A stretch of DNA of 34,117 nt from Nemertoderma westbladi (taxonomy: Eukaryota; Animalia; Xenacoelomorpha). The position numbers were made by a program, and so were the translations under genes. This document shows positions 23,701-34,117 of this stretch, in pieces; the stretch's first letter is position 1; every line of letters begins with the position of its first letter. The stretch is from NCBI GenBank assembly GCA_032718475.1, contig JAUCBJ010003618.1:1-34117 (forward strand), given 5' to 3'. The notes beneath the pieces are model-generated. The model saw nothing but the letters and a program-made list of their open reading frames with translations. It did not search any database and was not told the DNA's origin.

Positions 23701-24612
23701 TCGTTTTCGGTCTTCTATCTGTCCTTTCTTTATTTGTTCTTCTTTGTCCATTGCAATAAGAATGCTTTCATCAAATTTAGCCTGCTCTGCAGCTAATATC
23801 TCCGCATCTAAGGAGTCCAAAATGAATTTGGCTCCTTCACTATTGGGGTGAAGTCCAGCTAGACGTCTCGTCGTCTCCTTAGCTCTTTGTCACCTATAAA
23901 TCGTTGATAATCCGACAGATAGATGTGAATAGCATCTTTATTCTGATGTTTTTCGGATAATGCCTCGCCTTCCACATGGGAGAAAGTTACATCGGTGGAT
24001 TCTCTGTGGGTTATGCGTTCAGTTAGCTGAGCCTTCCATTGTGTTGTTCCCTGGACTTTAGCATTCACTCTTTGGAACCAAGTCTTTACTGCCACCTGCA
24101 GCGATGTTTCTTGACTTCTCTTCGAGGCCTCTTCAAAGGCTGAAAGGATTAATCTGATCCTCAATATACGTTCTCTCACTTGGTAAAGCAGTTCTCCCTG
24201 CTCTTGAGGTCCCTGTTGTTGTTGAAATAACTGTGCTTCTACTTGTCCCAAGGAGTTGACAAATCCCAGGACATATCCTGCTGCTGACCTCTTCCATACA
24301 GCGGGATCTTGGGTGTCCCTAACCACTCCCATTTGATATAAGTCTTCCCAGGCGGCTTCCGATAACTTCTCGGTTCTTGTACTATTGCTGTTTTACAGCC
24401 GTTGCTTGGTCTCGCTTAACTTGAGCCCTAGTGCCTATAATAGACCTATGGTGCTTCACTAGCCTAGGGTCCGACACGACTACTGTAGGGATGACCTTTC
24501 TTACAGTAGGAGGGGACTTAGACTTTGGTCGGGGCCTTTCCATACTTTGATCTGGGTCACAGATCGTCCTTTCCAAGAGACTATCTGACAGGGTTTGTTT
24601 TGTGTCAGACAT
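20760..24612 (-). pseudogene. BEL/Pao gag-protease, unit A (disrupted)
   Basis: ATG at 24612; coiled-coil region; DUF1759-type core; CVLCDGPHRLSGC, CYNCLRRGHQRKTC and CAKCGAKHHILLH knuckles; LLDSGSTGTFI at about 21140; several stops and frameshifts. Confidence 0.95.
23139..23230. repeat. 47-bp tandem duplication that frameshifts unit A gag
   Basis: AGGTATTTTGGTACTGTGTAAAGGGAATTTTGAGTTGGGTTC starts at 23139 and 23186; single copy at the equivalent site of unit B (about 14630-14670). Confidence 0.9.
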
Positions 24613-26452
24613 AATTTATTTTACAGTTGAATGCCTATCACAATAATGACAGTTAAAGTAAGTCTAGGGGAAATCAGTATCAACTGTCAGTCTTGTAGTT
24701 ACTGATATTGCTACTCAATGTAACGTGGTATGTATCTAGTATTAGAATACTGGTATACACCTACAGTATATATAACAGTATTATTACAGACTATGATCAG
24801 TCACAGAATACCGGTATATAAGTTTAGCCTAATTTATATAAATATATAATAAGCTTACTGTAAACACCGGTAATGTCAATAATTTAATAATAACTGATTA
24901 TCTAAATTTTAGGAATTATTTCCCTTTACTTTATGACTGATATTAAGCAGTAGGTTCAACTGATATTAAGACCTAATTGATGTATAACAGGCCTATTAAT
25001 TTATAAATCTGATTGAGTTGATTTATAAATATATATATATATACCCGTAATGGGTTTTGTCAATATTTGAAATAAATGTTATTATTTCTGAGTAAGGAGT
25101 CACTACACAGAGGCTGGACGCTCTCAGTGGAGTGCTACTTGTTAGACACTAAATACTGATAATACAGTTAAATATACGTGAACAGCCAAAAGAACCACGG
25201 TATCTGCTGGAGGGACCGGAGCACAAAATCACCAGTCTGTCCTACGCCAAGCAGTCCTGAAGTAGTACCGGAGTTAATTTAGCTATAACTGTATGCATAA
25301 CAAGCATAATTACTGTAAGGAATAAACTTGGGGACATGAAGGTTGCAAATACTTGCATAAACTCTGAATAATAAATATTATGCTACCCGTACAGACTATT
25401 CAAATAAAACACAGACCAAATGCTGGCAGACTACTGTCAAGCCTAAATAAACCACAGTATATGCAATCTCCAAAATGGTTAGTTAGTAAGCGTTCTAGAC
25501 TACGTAGTATGACTTATTCCTTTGCGGAGGGTTTACCTTATAGCACTGGATGCCTCCACTTTCCTAACTAGCACTTTATCGGACAGACACTCTACATACA
25601 CAGCAATCGCCTCAGGCCTAACAACAACCAGACAACAACCCGGCCTACAAGTTATTTATACAATCTGAGCAGGCTTACATGCCTTCTGCTCAATATTACA
25701 CTTACCGATAAATAAAACTGACAGGAATAAGTAAACCATACAAGGAGTAAGGGGTGATCAATCCCTAATCCTCTAACAGCCTACAATATACAATATTTCA
25801 CAATCAAATAATACTGGGTAAGTACCAGTTTGGGTTAACTAGGCCTACAATCTACCGTCCAACCGGTACGTTTCGGTTTTATTGCCTACTGAGCAATAAA
25901 AGAAACAAAATCTATTAATGTTCGCGCTTTTAGACCTTTTAGCAGTTAACCTGCCAATTTAAATATGCCTTTACTTATAAATCGACTTTTGCCCTTACCA
26001 ATTACCTGGTGTACTGAATTTACATCTGCCGAAGCCAGTCCGTGCGCGGCGTATGACCCACTGTGTGGGAGACTGGATTCGGGTCCAGAGAAAGTTATTG
26101 CAGTGTAGGCTACTTTGTATTATTCGATTGATCGCTACTATATAATCTCCGACAACTATATTTACTTTCGGGGAAATATTAACAGTTCCTTTGGGGCGTG
26201 GCGCTTTAAGTATAAAACAGAGTTATGACTTACACTAATCACAACTAGATGGCTATGGAATCTCGTAAATAGCGCATTCTTTAGGAGATGCTTTATTAAC
26301 CTTCGAACTACTTCACACTAATTCACACTAATTTGCCGACCGTCACTGATTTTGATCATATATAAGGAGGATTGCAACTGACACACATATGGATTATGAA
26401 ATAGCATTTAATCCACACAAAAACCACTATAATTTGAGTCGCAGTTGCTACC

Positions 26453-27039
26453 GGTAGACCCTTCTGCTTACCTCAGTAATTAAGAAAGTTGAGGGGTTTA
26501 CGATTATTTATCGGTATTCTCCAAATATAACATCCATTAATATAAACAGCAATTAACAACAATATAAAACAGCATTAAAACAGTGCGGTGAACAGTCAGT
26601 ATGTGTTCAGTCATATATTTAGGTGTTCGATGCGGTGATTCAGGTGAAACAAGGTGAGACAAGCAGTGTGTCACGTTAATAGATTTACGTTCTTATAACT
26701 CCAGCCATCAGATGTTCTTGGGCCAAAGTCTGAAACGTCTGTACTTAGTACAGAATCCTGAGAGGAATCGGATTCTCAGAAAAACAATAACTGTGCATGC
26801 GCCAATTTCCACAGGTAGGTCTCTATTGGCATAACTGGGAAGATTGCTCTGATTGGCTGAATACGCCCAAACAAAGGAATCTCCACGTACACAAAGAATC
26901 AGCTGACAGATTTCGTCATCTTGGTTCTAATTTCTGACCGACGCGTAGTTGAACAATTTTAGGCCTTTTTAGAGTATTAAGCGCATTGCGTAACAATGAC
27001 TTGTTATGTTCGCAAAAGCTTTTACAGTGGGTCTCTACA
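26453..27039 (-). mobile_element. Candidate LTR, unrelated in sequence to 16163-16904
   Basis: Minus strand starts TGTAGAGACCC and ends GGGTCTAC (imperfect inverted termini), contains CCAAT boxes (26856, 26829) and TATAAGAA (26697-26690), and is followed by GGTAGCA, a partial match to an initiator-Met PBS. Confidence 0.35.
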
Positions 27040-27540
27040 ATTAAGTATTAGTGATAATCTGGACAATTGTATTAGATTCGTGTGTTGTCTTACCTCTGAT
27101 TTACTAAATAATTAATATATGGCGATATCCCAGATCATTATTATAAAAAAAGCCCTTATTATTAATTCTATCACGATTGAGAGTTGTCACAAATTGATTG
27201 CGGTAGAAATATTAATATAATTATACATAAAGACAAGTCAAAATACGTTTCCTCTAAAGGGAAACACAAACACTGGACTTGAGTCCTTACAGAATTAATT
27301 AGTCAGTCATTTGCTTGTTATACTGTGTTGTCACACCCTCCCGGTATCGTATCTCAGTTAAATACAATAGATAATCAAATACCGTATCGAACCAAATAAG
27401 TTATAGAGCAAATCAATACATGAGAAGGAAAGGAAGGGGAATTAATCGATACATTGCGCGGTCCTCGGTGACAGGTACATAGCGCAATTCCGTTTATTGT
27501 ATCAGACCAATATTCAAAGGCCCTCAGTGCATAGAATCTC

Positions 27541-27739
27541 TGCGTAGTACTAAAAGAGTCAAAATATATGAAATTGAGATTGAAAGAACATATTTTACTA
27601 AAAGCGCTAACAGCGGGCTAAGCCTCAGAATGAGATGAACGCGAATGTATTAGCAACACGTGCGAACGTATTGGGTAAACGTGCGAAAGTTTTATTAAAA
27701 AATATATCTCTTCACAAATGTCCCTTTAGGAGCTCCGGA
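27541..27739. mobile_element. Possible old MITE with degenerate TIRs
   Basis: The reverse complement of 27719-27739 (TCCGGAGCTCCTAAAGGGACA) matches 27541-27561 at 13 of 21 positions; internal ACGTGCGAA repeats; no TSD found. Confidence 0.25.
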
Positions 27740-27932
27740 AGTAACACTATTGTAACATAATTATTGTTATTGTTAATTTCTGGACGGCGGTTCGGACACA
27801 TTGTTGGCCCCTAAGAGTTCCGGTAAAAAGTCGTTGCAACCAATTGATTGCAGGCCCGGCGCTCAACCAACTGAGCCCCGCCTTCGTGGTTGGGACCCCT
27901 ATGCTAATGATCCTTACTCACCCCCACAACAA

Positions 27933-28033
27933 CTGTACATGTACAGTAGGCCTACAGTGCATGTACAGTACAGTGCATGAACAGTACAGTGCATGTAAAG
28001 TACAGTGCATGTACAGTACAGTGCATGTAAAGT
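27933..28033. repeat. 16-bp minisatellite (TACAGTGCATGTACAG variants), about 5-6 copies
   Basis: Read directly from the sequence. Confidence 0.85.
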
Positions 28034-28888
28034 AGTTCGCACTCAATCCAATATGAATTGTCTTTGCATCGTTAGCCAACCAAACGAATCAGTTTGAGTG
28101 GTTTACTTCGAATTAAACTCATCGATTAATGAGTTTAAACATTTGTTTCCGATACGGGGTTATAATCATTTACAACATAATGGTGTTTAAGAGATCGATT
28201 TCCTTTCCATAATTAATTGGAAGCGTCGATAACTATCGATTAACACCAGCTAGCGTAAGTTATTAATAAATATCTGGTGCATTTGATTTTCCTTATCAAA
28301 AGATTCAGTCCAAAAAAATATTCCATTGTGACCTGTAAGACAGACAGTAGTCTAAGGCTGAGAACTGAACAACTACATACACGTAAAAAAAATATTTTCA
28401 CAAACATTTGTTCAATTATTGTACCCATTGTAAGGTGTGAGCCTTAGACGGTTAAACAAATAAATAGGTTGGTTACCTCATGATGGAAATATGAAATTAG
28501 TTTTTTGCCTTGTGGTGAGAAAATCTAAGGGCCGTCACCTCTCATCTAAAACTTATTAATTACTTCAGTGTGGTGGCCCCGGACGGAAAGTTTTATAATC
28601 TTTGTTTTTCTTTTCCCGACTTTTACAAACTTGTTTCAAAAGCAAAGCTCAAGGAAACAAATCCGATTGGATAAACTGGTTTCTATACCAACAAACATCA
28701 TGTTAGTTTCCCCAACTTATATTCGCAAAGCCGTTTGAATGAGTTTGAAAAGGTTGGGGAAAAAAAACTGGCCGTTTTGTTTCAAGGCCATATAATAGCA
28801 TTAGAACAAACTACGGCACGGGTAGAATACATAAAAATAAATCTGTGTAACTGATATAATATATCGCTAACGTTATATTGAACACAAA

Positions 28889-29146
28889 ATGGGCGACTTA
28901 AATCTGAAATTTGTAATTCCGGTAGTTCTAATGCTTATGTTATTGGTTACATTGGGTAACTGTCAATCACTCGGAGATGTTGTGGAACGGGGTGGGCCTA
29001 ATGGTGAGCAGCTCGGAGATGTTGTGGAACGGGGTGGGCCTAATGGTGAGCAGCTCGGAGATGTTGTGGAACGGGGTAAGCCAGACCGCGCCGGGGAGTT
29101 TCTTGCTACTGCAATAACAGCTGTCCCCGGTGTCCCCAGTGGATAA
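28889..29146 (+). CDS. Candidate secreted peptide precursor with 14-aa repeats (85 aa, or first exon of a longer gene)
   Basis: ACAAAATG start context; signal-peptide-like KFVIPVVLMLMLLVTLGNC; in-frame 42-bp repeats at 28970, 29012 and 29054 encoding LGDVVERGGPNGEQ; TATAAT about 100 bp upstream and AATAAA at 29371. Confidence 0.6.
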   Translation: MGDLNLKFVIPVVLMLMLLVTLGNCQSLGDVVERGGPNGEQLGDVVERGGPNGEQLGDVVERGKPDRAGEFLATAITAVPGVPSG

Positions 29147-29396
29147 ACAAACTGCACCCACTAAAATACAGCTAAACTGCGTGGTTAATATTGTGAACAG
29201 TGACGGTGGCGGGTTAGGCCTACTTCGTGTTTTAATTCGCCTAATTAACACATACATTATGGGAAGCTTAAACGGTGGTTTGATAATTTGTGTTTAATTA
29301 GTACCGGTAGTAATAAGCACAAATATAGATGGGCGATACTGTTTCATGTATCTAAGGTCACTTTAAACCAAATAAAACTAATACTTTACTTTAAAA

Positions 29397-31663
29397 GACC
29401 CCCTAGACCCACACTCCCCTTGGTGTGGACCGATAGACCCCAACCCTCCTTGGTGTGGACCCCCAAAACCCCCAACCTCCTTGGTGTGGACCCACTAGAC
29501 CCACCACCCTCCTTGGTGTTGACCCCCTAGACACCCACCCTCCTTGGTGTGGACCCCTTAGACCCCCACCCTCCTTGGGGTGGACCCCCTAGAGCACCCA
29601 AACTCCTTGGTGTGGACCCCCAGACCCCCCACCCTCCTTGGTGTGGACCCCCTAGACCACCCACACTCCTTGGTGTGGACCCCCAGACCCCCACCCTCCT
29701 TGGTGTGGACCCCCTAGACCCCCCACCCTCCTTGGGGTGGACCCCCTAGACCCCCCACCCTCCTTGGTGTGGACCCCCTAGACCCCCACCATCCTTGGTG
29801 TGGACCCCCTAGACACCCACCTTCCTTAGTGTGGACCCCCTAGACCCCCACCATCCTTGGTGTGGACCCCCTAGACCCCCCACCCTCCTTGGTGTGGACC
29901 CCCTAGACCCCCCACACTCCTCGGTGTGGACCCCTAGACCCACACCCTCCTTGGTGTGGACCCCCTAGACCATCCTCTTTGGTGTGGACCCCCTAGACCC
30001 CCCACCCTCCTTGGGGTGGACCCCCTAGACCCCCCACACTACTCGGTGTGGACCCCTAGACCCACACCCTCCTTGGTGTGGACCCCCTAGACCCCCACCA
30101 TCCTTGGTGTGGACCCCCTAGACCCCCCACACTCCTCGGTGTGGACCCCTAGACCCACACCCTCCTTGGTGTGGACCCCCTAGACCATCCTCTTTGGTGT
30201 GGACCCCCTAGACCCCCCACCCTCCTTGGTGTGGACCCCCTAGACCCCCACCATCCTTGGTGTGGACCCCCTAGACCCCCCACCCTCCTTGGTGTGGACC
30301 CCCTAGACCCCCCACACTCCTCGGTGTGGACCCCTAGACCCACACCCTCCTTGGTGTGGACCCCCTAGACCATCCTCTTTGGTGTGGACCGATAGACCCC
30401 CCACCCTCCTTGGTGTGGACCCCCTAGACCCCCACCATCCTTGGTGTGGACCCCCTAGACCCCCCACCCTCCTTGGTGTGGACCCCCTAGACCCCCCACA
30501 CTCCTCGGTGTGGACCCCTAGACCCACACCCTCCTTGGTGTGGACCCCCTAGACCATCCTCTTTGGTGTGGACCCCCTAGACCCCCCACCCTCCTTGGGG
30601 TGGACCCCCTAGACCCCCCACACTCCTCGGTGTGGACCCCTAGACCCACACCCTCCTTGGTGTGGACCCCCTAGACCATCCTCTTTGGTGTAGACCCCCT
30701 AGACCCCCCACCCTCCTTGGTGTGGACCTCCTAGACACCCACCCTCCTTGGTACCCCTAGACCCCCCATCCTCCTTGGTGTGGACCCCCTAGACCCCCAC
30801 CCTCCTTGGTGTGGACCCCCTAGACCACCCTCCTTGGTGTGGACCCCCCCCCCCACCCCTCCTTGGTGAGGACCCCCTAGACCCCGATCCCTCCTTTGTG
30901 TGGACCCCAAACCTCCTTGGTGTGGACCCCAAACCTCCTTGGTGTGGACCCCCTAGACCCCCACCCCTCCTTGGTGTGGGACCCCCTAGACACCCACCCT
31001 CCTTGGTGTGGACCCCTAGACCCCAGCCTCATTGGTGTGAACCCCCCAGACCCCCACCCCTCCTTGGTGTGGATCCCCAGTCCCCCACCCTCCTTGGTGT
31101 GGACCCCCTAGACTCCCACCATCCTTGGTGTGGACCCCCTAGACCCCCACCCTCCTTGGTGTGGACCCCCTAGACCCCACCCCTCCTTGGTGTGGACCCC
31201 CTAGACCCCGACCCTCCTTGGTGTGGACCCCCTAGACCCCCCACCCTCCTTGGTGTGGACCCCCTAGACCCCCCACCCTCCTTGGTGTGGACCCCCTAGA
31301 CCCCACCCTCCTTGGTGTGGACCCCCTAGACCCCCCACCCTTCTTGGTGTGGACCCCCTAGACCCCCCATCCTCCTTGGTGTGGACCCACTAGACCCCCA
31401 CCCTCCTTGGTGTGGACCCCCTAGACCCCCCACCCTCCTTGGTGTGGACCCCCTAGACCCCCCACCATCCTTGGTGTGGACCCCCTAGACCCCCCACCCT
31501 CCTTGGTGTGGACCCCCTAGACCCCCACCATCCTTGGTGTGGACCCCCTAGACCCCTCACCCTCCTTGGTGTGGACCCCCTAGACCCCCACCCTCCTTGG
31601 TGTGGACCCCCTAGACCCCCCCACCCTCCTTGGCGTGGACCCCCTAGACCCCGACCCTCATTG
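29397..31663. repeat. 2.3-kb C-rich satellite, unit about 29-34 bp (CCCTCCTTGGTGTGGACCCCCTAGACCCCCCA)
   Basis: About 70 copies with variable C-runs and recurring variant blocks (CACTCCTCGG, GACCATCCTCTTTGG). Confidence 0.97.
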
Positions 31664-33130
31664 GTTCTGCTCTTTATAACAATAAATTATTATTCACTTT
31701 CGCAATATTTAATATATAATAATAAATTCTATTTACCGGTATTCTAACATGAAAGAAAGTTTGGAAATTAACTAAAAAACAACCAAATATCTAAAATGTT
31801 TATAACAATGGAAACGTAATAAACCAAAGACTTAGTCACAAAACTGAATATCGTCAAATATTATGGAACGGAATTATTTAAATACGCAGAGGAATTTACA
31901 AGGGTCACTTTTTTAACAATGATAAAAACTGAGATAAATATGAGAAATTCATAAAAGGATTAAAATATAGATATTTAAGTTACCGGTATAAACAGAAACT
32001 CACGACGTACACAACTCTATAAATATGCATGTACAATAATAAATAATAATTTTATACAAGTAAATTTTGACTTGTTACCCTAAGAACCCAAAAAAGCAAT
32101 TGGTGCCTTTTTTCTTACCTATAAGAATTGTCAGCCATTATCATCTAACAGATACCATTATACACCATGTCCCGTAATATAATTGATCATTTTCTGATGA
32201 CACGGACCCCACCCCCCCCCCCCCAAATTTTTCTACAAATATTTATCATATTGCTTGAAATTTGAAACACAACTAGTTCAACTCACCGTGGTTGTTACCA
32301 TGAAGCCGGAATTTTCTATTTCGCCTTTAAATTTTTTTTATACGCGTTTTAAAAAAGTGTCTTTTGCGAAATCGCACCATCCGTATCGTTGCCATTCTTC
32401 AAATTAGTCGTTACTTACCATTATACTAGAGAGCTATAGATAGTTACTACAACATCGGTGGATAAAGTGGCAGAGCGTCAGTAATGGTCTGACCCAAATA
32501 CGTCTCACACCCTAATTTAGAAAACGACCAATTTACAGTATAATTATAACCTGTCGCTGAAAGTTCCACCTCGCCCCAACTGTATGTGTAACGTTTACAC
32601 TCTCCCCCCCCCCCCCCCCCCCCCCCCCGCCCCTCCCCACGTATATCACACCCCACCATGGCTGGCAGACTAACAAACAATAAGCGTTAAGAATAATAAT
32701 AATAATAATCACTTATAAATGTCGGTAGGTGGCTGGCTATTTCCATAGAAACTATACCTTGAGTATAATAGGGAAATAGGGAAATACAAAGATAAGAAAT
32801 TATCTAATAATTACATAAAATTAAATTCTAGACAACCAAGATTATAAGGAAAAACTAAAACATCATTTACAACTACAATTAATATAAAAAAACGGTGCTT
32901 AAATAAAAATATAACGCGATAACAATGGAAAGGTGTCAGCAATAAGGGACAGCAGCAAATATAAACAAGTTGGCCTATAACTAAATAATATTTACAGAGC
33001 ATCAATTATTGATAAACAATTTAGTATTGTCTGCAGCCGTGCCCGTGGGCTATTTAATTTCAGTTTAAAAGCTATTTATTTATCAGAATTATTGGGTCTT
33101 TTTTAACGCATTGAACTTGGATGTGCGTTT

Positions 33131-34117
33131 AGTGCACTGTGCGGAACTAGTGGGGCAGTGCACTGTGCGGAACTAGTGGGGCAGTGCACTGGGCGGAACT
33201 AGTGGGGCAGTGCACTGTGCGGAACTAGTGGGGCAGTGCACTGTGCGGAACTAGTGGGGCAGTGCACTGTGCGGAACTAGTGGGGCAGTGCACTGTGCGG
33301 AACTAGTGGGGCAGTGCACTGTGCGGAACTAGTGGGGCAGTGCACTGGGCGGAACTAGTGGGGCAGTGCACTGTGCGGAACTAGTGGGGCAGTGCACTGT
33401 GCGGAACTAGTAGGGCAGTGCACTGTGCGGAACTAGTGGGGCAGTGCACTGGGCGGAACTAGTGAGGGCAGTGCACTGTGCGGAACTAGTGGGGCAGTGC
33501 ACTGTGCGGAACTAGTGGGCAGTGCACTGTGCGGAACTAGTAGGGCAGTGCACTGGGCGGAACTAGTGGGGCAGTGCACTGTGCGGAACTAGTGGGGCAG
33601 TGCACTGTGCGGAACTAGTAGGGCAGTGCACTGTGCGGAACTAGTGGGGCAGTGCACTGTGCGGAACTAGTGGGGCAGTGCACTGTGCGGAACTAGTGGG
33701 GCAGTGCACTGTGCGGAACTAGTGGGGCAGTGCACTGTGCGGAACTAGTGGGGCAGTGCACTGTGCGGAACTAGTGGGGCAGTGCACTGTGCGGAACTAG
33801 TGGGGCAGTGCACTGTGCGGAACTAGTGGGGCAGTGCACTGTGCGGAACTAGTGGGGCAGTGCACTGTGCGGAACTAGTGGGGCAGTGCACTGTGCGGAA
33901 CTAGTGGGGCAGTGCACTGTGCGGAACTAGTGGGGCAGTGCACTGTGCGGAACTAGTGGGGCAGTGCACTGGGCGGAACTAGTGGGGCAGTGCACTGTGC
34001 GGAACTAGTGGGGCAGTGCACTGTGCGGAACTAGTGGGGCAGTGCACTGTGCGGAACTAGTGGGGCAGTGCACTGGGCGGAACTAGTAGGGCAGTGCACT
34101 GGGCGGAACTAGTAGGG
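33131..34117. repeat. 26-bp satellite (AGTGCACTGTGCGGAACTAGTGGGGC), about 38 copies, running off the window end
   Basis: Highly homogeneous head-to-tail units without spacers. Confidence 0.98.

Larger units (their letters stand above)
16898..25161 (-). mobile_element. BEL/Pao LTR retrotransposon, unit A, internal region (decayed)
   Basis: Domain order gag-PR-RT-RNase H-IN in one orientation, triple Cys/His knuckle and BEL/Pao-specific RT, RNase H and IN motifs. Confidence 0.96.

Noticed and set aside
12055-23851. Short plus-strand ORFs over the retrotransposon region
   Set aside because: Antisense shadows of minus-strand gag-pol with no independent motifs.
29288-31747. Pro-rich ORFs in the C-rich array
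   Set aside because: Satellite translations with constant frame changes from variable C-runs.
33131-34117. CRISPR-like array (palindromic repeat of 26 bp); the same was considered for 389-870, 2072-2406 and 29397-31663
   Set aside because: Units are contiguous with no unique spacers, there are no cas genes, and the context is eukaryotic.

Overview
Animal (probably invertebrate) nuclear genomic DNA that is AT-rich and repeat-dense; there is no prokaryotic gene organisation and no CRISPR array. The left end holds the last coding exon of NDUFS7 (complex I PSST subunit), a tRNA-derived SINE fragment, several MITE/foldback elements and a short signal-peptide ORF. The centre (about 10.4-25.2 kb, minus strand) holds two related, decayed BEL/Pao LTR-retrotransposon units head-to-tail. 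Unit A has gag-protease-RT-RNase H-integrase. Unit B shares the 5' leader, gag and protease, but about 1.7 kb of unrelated coding sequence that I cannot assign to any family sits where RT/RNase H/integrase should be. The right part has a signal-peptide ORF with 14-aa repeats (candidate peptide precursor). There are five large tandem arrays (27, 25, about 20, about 32 and 26 bp units), which generate most ORFs in the supplied track. All alignments and motif calls were made by eye; no database search was possible.
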